From positions 2,880,001 through 2,944,000 of the forward strand of contig CAXXMD010000003.1 in assembly GCA_963675755.2 (NCBI GenBank): 64,000 nt of DNA, written 5' to 3'. Source of the DNA: a bacterium. GTDB lineage: Bacteria; Zhuqueibacterota; Zhuqueibacteria; Residuimicrobiales; Krinioviventaceae. The translations under genes were made by a program, and so were the position numbers. Numbering within the stretch: the first letter of the stretch is position 1; the number at the start of each line of letters is the position of its first letter. The notes beneath the pieces are model-generated. The model ran no database searches. It saw only the letters and a program-made list of their open reading frames with translations, and was not told the DNA's origin. Below are positions 38,001 through 45,869 of this stretch, in pieces.

Positions 38001-40805
38001 GGACCAAAATATCCTTTTATCACAAGCATGACCTGTCATACCGGGCGTTTTGCTGAACCGAATCAGGATAGTTTTGGAGAATATTTTCTACGGGTTGTAG
38101 ACAAGGGAGCAGTTGCATTTTGGGGGACTGCAGGTTGGGGTTATACGTATGAAGATTATATGTTTTTGCGTCAATTGTATCCTATTATGCTGCAGAATTC
38201 TGTGCAGGAAATTGGCAAAGGCCTGAGCCAGGCAAGTGCCGGAATTTGGAGTACACTGGGCGAAGGGCTGCATGTTAGAAATATTATATTACAATATGTC
38301 TTGTTGGGTGATCCCGCACTGGATCTTGCACTGCCTGATAAACCTGATCTGGCAATTGGTGCTTCTGATATCCGTGTTTATCCCACCATACCCAGCGAAG
38401 CAGATTCGCTGGCAGAAATTCATGTGGCGGTGAACAATTTCGGACTTTTACCGGAAGACAGTGTGACTGTATTGGTTACAGCAGAACTGCAAAACGGAAA
38501 TAATCATAGAGTAGAGTATGTAAAAAAACTGGCACCCGTTTATCTTTCTGATTCTGTAAAAGTAGATTGGGAATTAAAAGATATGACCGGGTTAGTCAAT
38601 GTTACTGCATCTGTTGATCCCAATCAAATGATAGATGAAGATGACGAAACAAACAATACAGCGTCTCAACAGGTAACGGTTGTTTCGAATGTAATACGCC
38701 TTTTATATCCACATGATCAGGCGATATGTTCCGGTGATGATATGGTCCTCAGTATTCGCAATCCCCAGGCAACAACCCTGGAGGATTATATGTTCGAGTT
38801 CCAACTAGATACATCCAGCACGTTTAATAGCGGATATCTCAAAACCTATACAGCTTCACCCGGTCTTTTAACAACTGAGTGGGCTGTGGGTGATCTGGCT
38901 TCCGGAATTTATTACTGGCGATGCCGCAATACGAATGAAACCGCAGGTCCGGTTTGGATTGAAGGCAGCTTTTTAGCTACGAATTCTAATGATTTTGGCT
39001 GGGGACAATCTCAAGCTAAACAATTCTCGGAAAACAATCTTGAAAATACACAAATACACGACGGTAGTATAGTACTTTATCGTGATGTTCTTACTCTGAA
39101 TGTTGAATCGGCTGGTATTGTAGATGGGAATTATGCCAGGTTGCTGGTGAATTCAAATTCGGTTTTGGAAACGTCACGCGGAATCAATCTGGTCGCCCTG
39201 AGTCCTCAAGATGGCAGTGTTTTGTTTCAAAAATGCTTTGATACTTATGCAGATGGTAATACTCCAGATTCAATGGCATTGGTAATTAGCGAGTTTGCTG
39301 ACAGTACCTGGGTATTGGCCGCAATCAAAGATGAGGGCAGCAATCAGTTGAATGAGACGGCTTATACTGCCCTGGAATCTATAGGAAGTCAGTATTGCCG
39401 GGATTTACAGTACAGAGATTCATGGGCCATTATTGGTAAAAAAGGAGCTCCTGTTGGTTCCGTTTCTGAAGAGATAAAAAAATCCGGTGAAGGATTTGTT
39501 TCATTGTTGGAGAATATTGAAATTTATAAATTGAATGGAACGGTGTCAACTCCACTTGTAGGCCCCAGTACAAATTGGCGAAAATGCAATGTAAAGACAA
39601 ATCTGCCAGAGCAAACGTCCATATTATTTAATGTGCTTGGAATACGGAGTAATGGTATACAGGATACTTTGATCAGTCAAACCAATGCCAAAGAAATTGA
39701 TCTTGCTGGTATCGATGGAAAGATTTATCCTTTTCTCAAAATATCGGGTACATTAATAACAACTGATTTTCATTTTACTCCGTCAATTCATCAATGGGCT
39801 GTAAATTTTCAGCCATCACCTGATTTTGCAGTGTCACAAGAGATATTCAGTGTTGATAATGATACAATCCTGGTTGGGAGTGATGTGGAAATACGGGCAC
39901 AGATTTATAATCTCGGTAAAGGAGCCATAGTCGGAGATACGCTGAATCTTGGGTTTTTCCATATCGATACCGATGGGAACGAAAGCTTAATTGCCATAAA
40001 GCGTTATGCTCAATCCATATTACCTGACAGTATGATATCAGTTTCTCATATATGGAATTCCGAGGGACTGGCAGGAATCCACAAACTCAAGATGTACATT
40101 GATCCGGAAAATCATTTTGTTGAACTGGATAAAGCCAATAATATTGTCACCACATCTGTTTATGTATTGGCAGATACCATTAAACCAGAAATTGCAGTAA
40201 CCATTGATGGCAGAGAGATCATGTATGGAGATTGGGTTGCGTCCCAACCCACTATATTGGTCGATATTACAGACAATCGGCAGAACACATCTGGCATTGT
40301 TGATACCAGTATGGTTACTCTATTTCTGGATGATCAGCGTGTGAGTTATAACAGTGGTCAATTGCAAATGTTGGAATCTGATGAAGTTAATACAGCCATC
40401 AAGCTTGAATATAAACCGGTACTGGCAGATGGAGAGCACTATCTAACAGTGATGACTTCTGATCCCAGTAATAATTCAAGCATCTATCAAACCAGTTTTA
40501 ATGTGATTAATGAACTGGCAATACGTAAAATCGTCAACTATCCAAATCCTTTTGAAACCGATACACATTTTACTTTTGAATTATCACAGCCTGCTAATGT
40601 GCGTGTCAAGATCTATACGGTTGCAGGCAGATTGATTAACGATTTGGATTATGGCTGGCAGGGTGCCGGTTACAATATGCTGCCCTGGGATGGAACGGAT
40701 GCTGATGGAGATGTTCCTGCAAATGGTGTATATATTTACAAGATTGTTGCCTCAGAAGGTGACGAAAATGCCGAAGCAATCAGTAAATGTATACTCATGA
40801 AATGA
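35043..40805 (+). CDS. Gingipain/PorU-like peptidase C25 protein with two ILEI/PANDER-like domains, CARDB domains and FlgD-Ig/T9SS-type tail
   Basis: Signal peptide after MKKIQ (ATG 35043); ADYIIVTHP, YNEFNYG, YVVMLGDASWD, IGRIP, His/Cys dyad NFIGHAG / SMTCHTG, YVLLGDP; two RGI..V.....G......FDT...AIKDEGS...R.SWA.IG.KG units; NYPNPF...WDG...NGVYIY. Confidence 0.8.
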   Translation: MKKIQNINVNYKKYEFNLFVFLFITIFWYPASIAFGNSTVSVLEQTPQYTILEWTVPQIEFNTLQTDNGEYIVPICDDLAEARTPGFPILPVNNLLLENVDSRRITVLDTVYSNQSTHTICPAPKYLYSDYNSQPDISYKTGNVYQKAAFYPASFISTSHAWQRDNLLTRFAINPVLYNPVQNQMRVLRYIKIRINAAVELDLKNHTIRSKSGNAKLARANSVQTIAIDSWWEPYNRDELIKIETPTAGMYKITGEDLRDQGVQLSMIDPGTIKILNNGIEQPCQVLDGGDGEFNENDLLFFYADRLSGDNDYFHSWAVNNVYWLVWGGDAGLRYSTISNENDSGLSHNYFISTIHIEKDIEYYHGDTNEAIQETDITDGEGWVWTRALYHNSRQTIEFDLPGLFSGTTLDDSLRIRLRFRGMTIDSAENDHHLLLSVNDNRIGEGYFNNRQEWLPYFSVPVSNLLESGNQLLIESVATNAEISQVYFDWLEVDYPRALQVENGQLLIDSLDTVEHALQISGLQSDSVFVFNLREQKELVNKSVTTGKLLNIKVQSAAIGDGNYSRFLIENELIYEGTRGIGMVVINQHTGNVEMKRTFDTWGSTADADSLVAVVNRIADGRIVLCAIKDEGSNHLSEEQFNALETLGSSQIQNLTERASWALIGRKGAEPGTAIEVLSASGEGPAHIDDYINFTEGDGFVCRFNVPEKQTGPFVVFDIMGLKQPLLEKIQLGELSSVQNGADYIIVTHPDFMASANQLAAHRQTQNGFRTYVANVNEIYNEFNYGIKDPVAVKRFLEHAYNNWQKPAPEYVVMLGDASWDPLKNSGDDSKEDFVPVYGNPVSDVWYACMDGEDDIVPDMNIGRIPVESEDQAQNYLDKIMEYESTAPASWKKNFLFISGGFDQYEQLVFGQQSQTLIDDFVSVPPVGGNAILIGKETTGLAEGEHRDDLLNTFDDGIVWANFIGHAGSSTWDLMFHNPDIDLLNNGPKYPFITSMTCHTGRFAEPNQDSFGEYFLRVVDKGAVAFWGTAGWGYTYEDYMFLRQLYPIMLQNSVQEIGKGLSQASAGIWSTLGEGLHVRNIILQYVLLGDPALDLALPDKPDLAIGASDIRVYPTIPSEADSLAEIHVAVNNFGLLPEDSVTVLVTAELQNGNNHRVEYVKKLAPVYLSDSVKVDWELKDMTGLVNVTASVDPNQMIDEDDETNNTASQQVTVVSNVIRLLYPHDQAICSGDDMVLSIRNPQATTLEDYMFEFQLDTSSTFNSGYLKTYTASPGLLTTEWAVGDLASGIYYWRCRNTNETAGPVWIEGSFLATNSNDFGWGQSQAKQFSENNLENTQIHDGSIVLYRDVLTLNVESAGIVDGNYARLLVNSNSVLETSRGINLVALSPQDGSVLFQKCFDTYADGNTPDSMALVISEFADSTWVLAAIKDEGSNQLNETAYTALESIGSQYCRDLQYRDSWAIIGKKGAPVGSVSEEIKKSGEGFVSLLENIEIYKLNGTVSTPLVGPSTNWRKCNVKTNLPEQTSILFNVLGIRSNGIQDTLISQTNAKEIDLAGIDGKIYPFLKISGTLITTDFHFTPSIHQWAVNFQPSPDFAVSQEIFSVDNDTILVGSDVEIRAQIYNLGKGAIVGDTLNLGFFHIDTDGNESLIAIKRYAQSILPDSMISVSHIWNSEGLAGIHKLKMYIDPENHFVELDKANNIVTTSVYVLADTIKPEIAVTIDGREIMYGDWVASQPTILVDITDNRQNTSGIVDTSMVTLFLDDQRVSYNSGQLQMLESDEVNTAIKLEYKPVLADGEHYLTVMTSDPSNNSSIYQTSFNVINELAIRKIVNYPNPFETDTHFTFELSQPANVRVKIYTVAGRLINDLDYGWQGAGYNMLPWDGTDADGDVPANGVYIYKIVASEGDENAEAISKCILMK

Positions 40806-40907
40806 TTTTTTTGTTTTCACGTCTTTTTGTTCTATAAGATAATATTGATTTTGAGATTAGCCTAAAAATCTGTAAATTCTTGTTTTATGTGCAGAGATTA
40901 AAATAAT

Positions 40908-42134
40908 ATGTCATTAATTGGTGTTTTTTCAAAAAGTTTTATTGCCGAGGGTATAGTTGTTTTTGTTGGATTCATTAACAGTATAATTATTACCCGTGCA
41001 CTGGGTGTAGAAGGAAGAGGTCAATACTCTTTGGCAATGACGATCATTACTATTTCCGCTCTGGTATTGGGTGATGGGCTTTCCCGTAATAATACCTATC
41101 TTACCAGCAAAGATAAAAAGCTGGTTTCACCACTTTTTGGCAATTTGTTATTATACGGTTTTTTTCTGGCTATACTAATGGCAGCAGCAGGTGTTTGGGG
41201 ACTCCCGGTATTTCATATTGCAGTGCCGGGTTTGTCAAACAAGCTGATTTGGTTATCCGTTGCTGTTGTTCCGTTCTATATTACAATCCGCAGTATGAAT
41301 TCAATATTTTTAGGCTTGCAGGATTATAATCGTTACAATTTTTTTCTGGCATTACCGTTTATATTCTATCTGCTGATTAATATCTGTATATATTTGTTTG
41401 CTACTGTAACACCTGAACTGGTTTTAACCGGATATAACTTTTCAATGATTTTGGTCTTTATCCTGATTCTTTATCTTTTTATTACAAAACATAAAGCTTC
41501 AAAGCCAGATACCTCTTTATTAAAAAAGAGTTTAAATTATTCAACCAAAGCAGCTGTTTCTCATATCTCTTTGTTTTTGCTATTCCGGGTTGATATTATT
41601 TTGATTAATTTATTGATTGGAGTCAAAGGAGCAGGATTGTACTCTATTTCTGTCATGATTGCAGAACTGATGCAAAAGCTTGCCAATACGTCGGGAAATG
41701 TGATTTTCCCCAAGTTAACCGGTGAAAATACAAAGCAAAAACAACAGTTGACAATCCGAGTGTTTGCGTTTGTTATGATAGTTAGTGTTATTGTGGCTGT
41801 TTTTATTTTGCTTTGGGGAAACGAGTTTATTGTTTTGTTGTTTAAAAAAGATTTTTCAGATTCCGCTTTGCCTCTATACTGGCTGCTGCCTGGTGCAGTT
41901 ATTATGACCGGCGCCAAAGTTATAAAATTTTCGCTATGGGCCCAGGGTTTTCCCTGGATCACTATTACCGCTCCGGTTTCTGCTTTGATTTTAAACATTA
42001 CTTTGAATCTGATACTCATTCCTCGTATGGGTATTGTTGGGGCTGCAATTGCAACCAGTTGTTCCTTTATTGTTTATAGCATTATGATTGTGGGGTATTA
42101 TTTTACCCGAATTTACCGGAAAGCTCTAGTATGA
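40908..42134 (+). CDS. Wzx-like oligosaccharide flippase 3
   Basis: TRALGVEGRGQY, RVD.......GLYS, LN..LIP.MGIVGAAIATS; multi-TM. Confidence 0.82.
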   Translation: MSLIGVFSKSFIAEGIVVFVGFINSIIITRALGVEGRGQYSLAMTIITISALVLGDGLSRNNTYLTSKDKKLVSPLFGNLLLYGFFLAILMAAAGVWGLPVFHIAVPGLSNKLIWLSVAVVPFYITIRSMNSIFLGLQDYNRYNFFLALPFIFYLLINICIYLFATVTPELVLTGYNFSMILVFILILYLFITKHKASKPDTSLLKKSLNYSTKAAVSHISLFLLFRVDIILINLLIGVKGAGLYSISVMIAELMQKLANTSGNVIFPKLTGENTKQKQQLTIRVFAFVMIVSVIVAVFILLWGNEFIVLLFKKDFSDSALPLYWLLPGAVIMTGAKVIKFSLWAQGFPWITITAPVSALILNITLNLILIPRMGIVGAAIATSCSFIVYSIMIVGYYFTRIYRKALV

Positions 42135-43351
42135 GAATTTTATATATTACACAATACTTTCCCCCCGAAGTTGGAGCTACACAAACCCGTGCTTTGGAAA
42201 TGACCACCAATCTGGTTAAGCAGGGGCACGAGGTCACGGTATTGACTGAATTCCCCAATCATCCTGTGGGCATTATTCCACCGGAATATAAAGGTAAATG
42301 GGTAACTGTTGAAAAGTGGCGGGGTATGGATGTGATCCGTACCTGGGTTTACGCGCGTCAGGAAAAGAACTTTAAAACCCGTATGGGATTTTATCTGAGT
42401 TTTATGGCCACATCTGCAATTGCGGGTTCATACATGTTACCCGAGTATGATATCGTATATACAACCTCACCACCTTTTTTTGTCGGCCTGACGGGTTACT
42501 GGTTGAGCCGGTTAAAAAATGCGAAATTTATTTTTGAAGTGCGAGACCTTTGGCCAGATTCCGCGGTACAGTTGGGTGAATTGACCAATCGTACATTTAT
42601 TCGTTGGGCAGAAAAGTTGGAAACTTTTTACTATAATAAAGCAGAACGTATTGTAACCGTTACCCAAGGGATTAAGAACACCCTGACTGAACGCGGTTAT
42701 GGAGATAAAACCGAGCTGGTACTCAATGGCACCAATACCGATCTGTTTAAAAATATGGGACCCGGAATGAAGAAAAAGCTGGGTCTTGAAAATAAATTTG
42801 TTGTGTTGTATGCGGGTATAATAGGTATTGCTCAGGGGCTTGAACAAATTTGTGATGTTGCGGAACAATTGCAAGATCAACCCGACATTGCATTCGTTCT
42901 GATTGGTGAAGGCCCTGTAAAACATAAAATTGAAAAAATAAAACAGGAAAAATCTTTAAAAAATCTTATATTAATGGATCAGGTACCCAGAGACGATATT
43001 CCGCAATATATTTCAATGGCAGATTGCTGCCTGGTTCCCCTGAAAAAGAATGATCTGTTCATGGGTGCATTGCCATCCAAGATGTTTGATTATATGGCAT
43101 GTGAAAAACCGGTTATACTCAGTGTGGATGGTGAAGCAAGATCGGTTCTTGAAAGCTCAGGAGCTGGTATATTTGTAGAGCCTGAGAATCGAAAGGATAT
43201 GATCTCTGCTATCCTTTCTCTGAAATCCGGTTCTGTTGATGGAACGTCAATGGGACTATTGGGAAGAGAATTCGTTGAAAAAGGGTATTCGAGAAAACAA
43301 CAGGCCCTCGAGTTGTTGAGTATCCTGGAAAAAATCGTCCGAAATCAATAG
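42131..43351 (+). CDS. Glycosyltransferase family 4 (WbuB-like)
   Basis: QYFPPE.GA, PNHP.G, TSPP, EVRDLWP, YAG.IG.AQGL, PSKMFDYMA. Confidence 0.88.
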   Translation: MRILYITQYFPPEVGATQTRALEMTTNLVKQGHEVTVLTEFPNHPVGIIPPEYKGKWVTVEKWRGMDVIRTWVYARQEKNFKTRMGFYLSFMATSAIAGSYMLPEYDIVYTTSPPFFVGLTGYWLSRLKNAKFIFEVRDLWPDSAVQLGELTNRTFIRWAEKLETFYYNKAERIVTVTQGIKNTLTERGYGDKTELVLNGTNTDLFKNMGPGMKKKLGLENKFVVLYAGIIGIAQGLEQICDVAEQLQDQPDIAFVLIGEGPVKHKIEKIKQEKSLKNLILMDQVPRDDIPQYISMADCCLVPLKKNDLFMGALPSKMFDYMACEKPVILSVDGEARSVLESSGAGIFVEPENRKDMISAILSLKSGSVDGTSMGLLGREFVEKGYSRKQQALELLSILEKIVRNQ

Positions 43352-43367
43352 GATCAGGAGATTTTAA

Positions 43368-44465
43368 ATGCGTTATTTTTTATATGGTATTGTAGCTTTT
43401 GAAGCATTTTTAATTGCACTTTTTATTGTGCCCATTATCCGAAAACTGGCCATTTCATGGAATGTAGTTGATAAACCGGGTGAACGAAAAATTCATTATA
43501 CCCCCAAAGCATTGATGGGAGGTGTTGGGATTTTTACCGCGTTTTATGTAACGGTTTTGGTGAATGTAATTGGTTTTTATCTTTTATATCATACGTCATT
43601 TGTTCAGACTCATTTACAAACCATGGTTAGAGTTGCCCCCATGCTGGACCAGGTTGTACCCAAACTTGTTGTAATACTGGGAGGCGGGGCTGTTATACAC
43701 ATGTTGGGTATTCTGGATGATATTCTTAAAGAGAAATTAACTTATAAGCCCAAATTTATTGTACAAATTGTAGTTGCGCTGGTTGTATCTCTGATGGGCG
43801 TGCGCACCCACTTTATGCCGGGTACAACTCTGGATGTAATTATTACTACCATCTGGATAGTGGGTGTTACGAACAGCTTTAATCTACTGGATAATATGGA
43901 TGGTTTAACAGCCGGAGTTTCGGTTATTGCGGCTTTGTTTTTATTTGTTATTGCTGTTTTGCAGGGACAGATATTCTTTGCTTTTATGCTTGCGGCGTTA
44001 ATAGGTGCTTGTTTGGGATTTTTGCCGTACAATTTTAATCCGGCAAAGCTATTCATGGGTGACAGTGGCAGTCTGTTTTTAGGGTATATTTTTGCAACCT
44101 TGACGGTAACCGGTTCATATGTTGTGCCTACAAGCCAGACACATATACCTATCATGATCCCGATTCTGGTACTTTCTATTCCGCTATATGATACTTTTTC
44201 GGTAATGTTTATAAGGTGGCGCGAAAAACGGCCGCTATTTCTGGGAGACAAACGCCATTTCTCCCACCGATTACATGCACTTGGCATGAGCCAACGTCAA
44301 GCGGTAACTTTTATTTATCTTGTTGGTTTATGCGTGGGTAGTGTTGCTACTCTTTTACCATATATCTCTTTAACCGGTAATATTGTTGTTCTGGTTCAGA
44401 TAATTATTATTTATATAATCATAACTTTTTTAATAGTTATAGGAAAACAAAATCAAAATTCTTGA
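43368..44465 (+). CDS. wecA: Undecaprenyl-phosphate HexNAc-1-phosphate transferase (WecA/MraY family)
   Basis: DKPGERKIH, GILDD, NSFNLLDNMDGL, FMGDSGS, HFSHRL. Confidence 0.85.
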   Translation: MRYFLYGIVAFEAFLIALFIVPIIRKLAISWNVVDKPGERKIHYTPKALMGGVGIFTAFYVTVLVNVIGFYLLYHTSFVQTHLQTMVRVAPMLDQVVPKLVVILGGGAVIHMLGILDDILKEKLTYKPKFIVQIVVALVVSLMGVRTHFMPGTTLDVIITTIWIVGVTNSFNLLDNMDGLTAGVSVIAALFLFVIAVLQGQIFFAFMLAALIGACLGFLPYNFNPAKLFMGDSGSLFLGYIFATLTVTGSYVVPTSQTHIPIMIPILVLSIPLYDTFSVMFIRWREKRPLFLGDKRHFSHRLHALGMSQRQAVTFIYLVGLCVGSVATLLPYISLTGNIVVLVQIIIIYIIITFLIVIGKQNQNS

Positions 44466-44489
44466 TGTAATATTTCTCAGGAGGAAAAT

Positions 44490-45464
44490 TTGAGAGCGTT
44501 AATAACTGGTGGTGCAGGATTCATTGGTTCGCACCTTGCAGAAAAATTGTTGGAGAGAGGTGACAGTGTTTGTGTCATAGATGATCTGTCTACAGGTCGA
44601 TTAGAGAATGTTAACCATTTACGAGAAAATCCGAATTTTAGTCTGGTAATTGAGACCATTCTGAATGAAACGGTCATGGACCGCCTGGTAAGTGAATGCG
44701 ATGTAATCTATCATTTGGCTGCAGCCGTTGGTGTAGAGTTGATTGTTAAAAGTCCTGTAGAAACCATTGAAAGAAATATTCTGGGTACTGATGTTGTACT
44801 TCGGTTGTCTAATCGATATTTGCGCAAAGTATTGATTACTTCTACTTCAGAGATTTATGGCAAAAGCGAATCTGTACCGTTCAAAGAAGAAGATGACCGT
44901 GTGCTGGGACCCACAACAAAAAGCCGATGGAGCTATTCAAGCTCTAAAGCAATCGATGAGTTTTTGGCACTTGCCTATCATAAAGAGAAAAATCTTCAGA
45001 CTGTTATCATGCGTTTGTTCAATACTGTGGGTCCACGTCAAACCGGGCAATATGGAATGGTAATTCCACGCTTTGTTAAGCAAGCGCTGACCAATCAACC
45101 CTTAACCGTTTATGGTGATGGATTACAGTATCGCTGCTTTACCTATGTTGATGATGTTGTCGCCGCTTCAATTAAATTGATGGAAACACCCGAAGCCATT
45201 GGAGAGGTCTTTAATATTGGTAATGATATTGGAATTTCAATTCACGACCTTGCTGTAAAGATCATTGAAATGACCGGCTCCAAATCGGTAATCAACAACA
45301 TCCCATATGATCAGGCATATGAACAGGGTTTTGAGGACATGAAAATCCGCAGACCCGATTTAAGCAAAGCCAACAAATACATCGGATACACCCCCAAGGT
45401 ACAGTTGGATGAAATTCTTGAAAATGTGATCAAATATTTCCGTGAAAACGAGAATACACTGTAA
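44490..45464 (+). CDS. NAD-dependent nucleotide-sugar epimerase/dehydratase (extended SDR)
   Basis: TGGAGFIGSH, HLAAAVG, STSEIYG, YSSSK, RLFNTVGPRQ; TTG start after GAGGA. Confidence 0.9.
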   Translation: MRALITGGAGFIGSHLAEKLLERGDSVCVIDDLSTGRLENVNHLRENPNFSLVIETILNETVMDRLVSECDVIYHLAAAVGVELIVKSPVETIERNILGTDVVLRLSNRYLRKVLITSTSEIYGKSESVPFKEEDDRVLGPTTKSRWSYSSSKAIDEFLALAYHKEKNLQTVIMRLFNTVGPRQTGQYGMVIPRFVKQALTNQPLTVYGDGLQYRCFTYVDDVVAASIKLMETPEAIGEVFNIGNDIGISIHDLAVKIIEMTGSKSVINNIPYDQAYEQGFEDMKIRRPDLSKANKYIGYTPKVQLDEILENVIKYFRENENTL

Positions 45465-45500
45465 ATTTGAAAAAACATGCCGAAATTTGCAATAGCGCAA

Positions 45501-45811
45501 TGTGGATAACTTGTCAATAAATTGATTTTTTTAAAGTCAAGAGTTTTTTGATGAAAAATTCATCAGAATTAACTCAATTTTTTTGTCGTTAAACTTGTGT
45601 TAAGTGTTTGTTAATGTTGAATGAGTGCGTAAGTTGTTGATTATTAATTGCTTAGCTTACCGAACATTTGTTCGACTTACAATTTTGTTGCAAAATTTCG
45701 TGAAATTACTTTGATTGCACTCGTTTCTATGGATAATGTTACAATTTGGAAATTAAAAGTTTCGTAAAATGCTTGTGAAAAATGTGGATAACTTGGGGAT
45801 ATCGTGGATGA
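45501..45811. promoter_or_regulatory. DnaA-box cluster with IHF site (oriC- or datA/DARS-like)
   Basis: Perfect TGTGGATAA at 45501-45509 and 45783-45791; degenerate boxes at 45512, 45728, 45794 and 45803; IHF consensus AATCAACAACTTA on minus 45642-45630; AT-rich ORF-free gap. Confidence 0.6.
45661..45674. promoter_or_regulatory. Palindrome matching the Gram-positive-type LexA SOS box
   Basis: CGAAC-ATTT-GTTCG. Confidence 0.4.
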
Positions 45812-45869
45812 GTTTGCTCATTGTTAAATCTGTCTGTCATAATTCAAACACAGATGGGATGATTTGATT

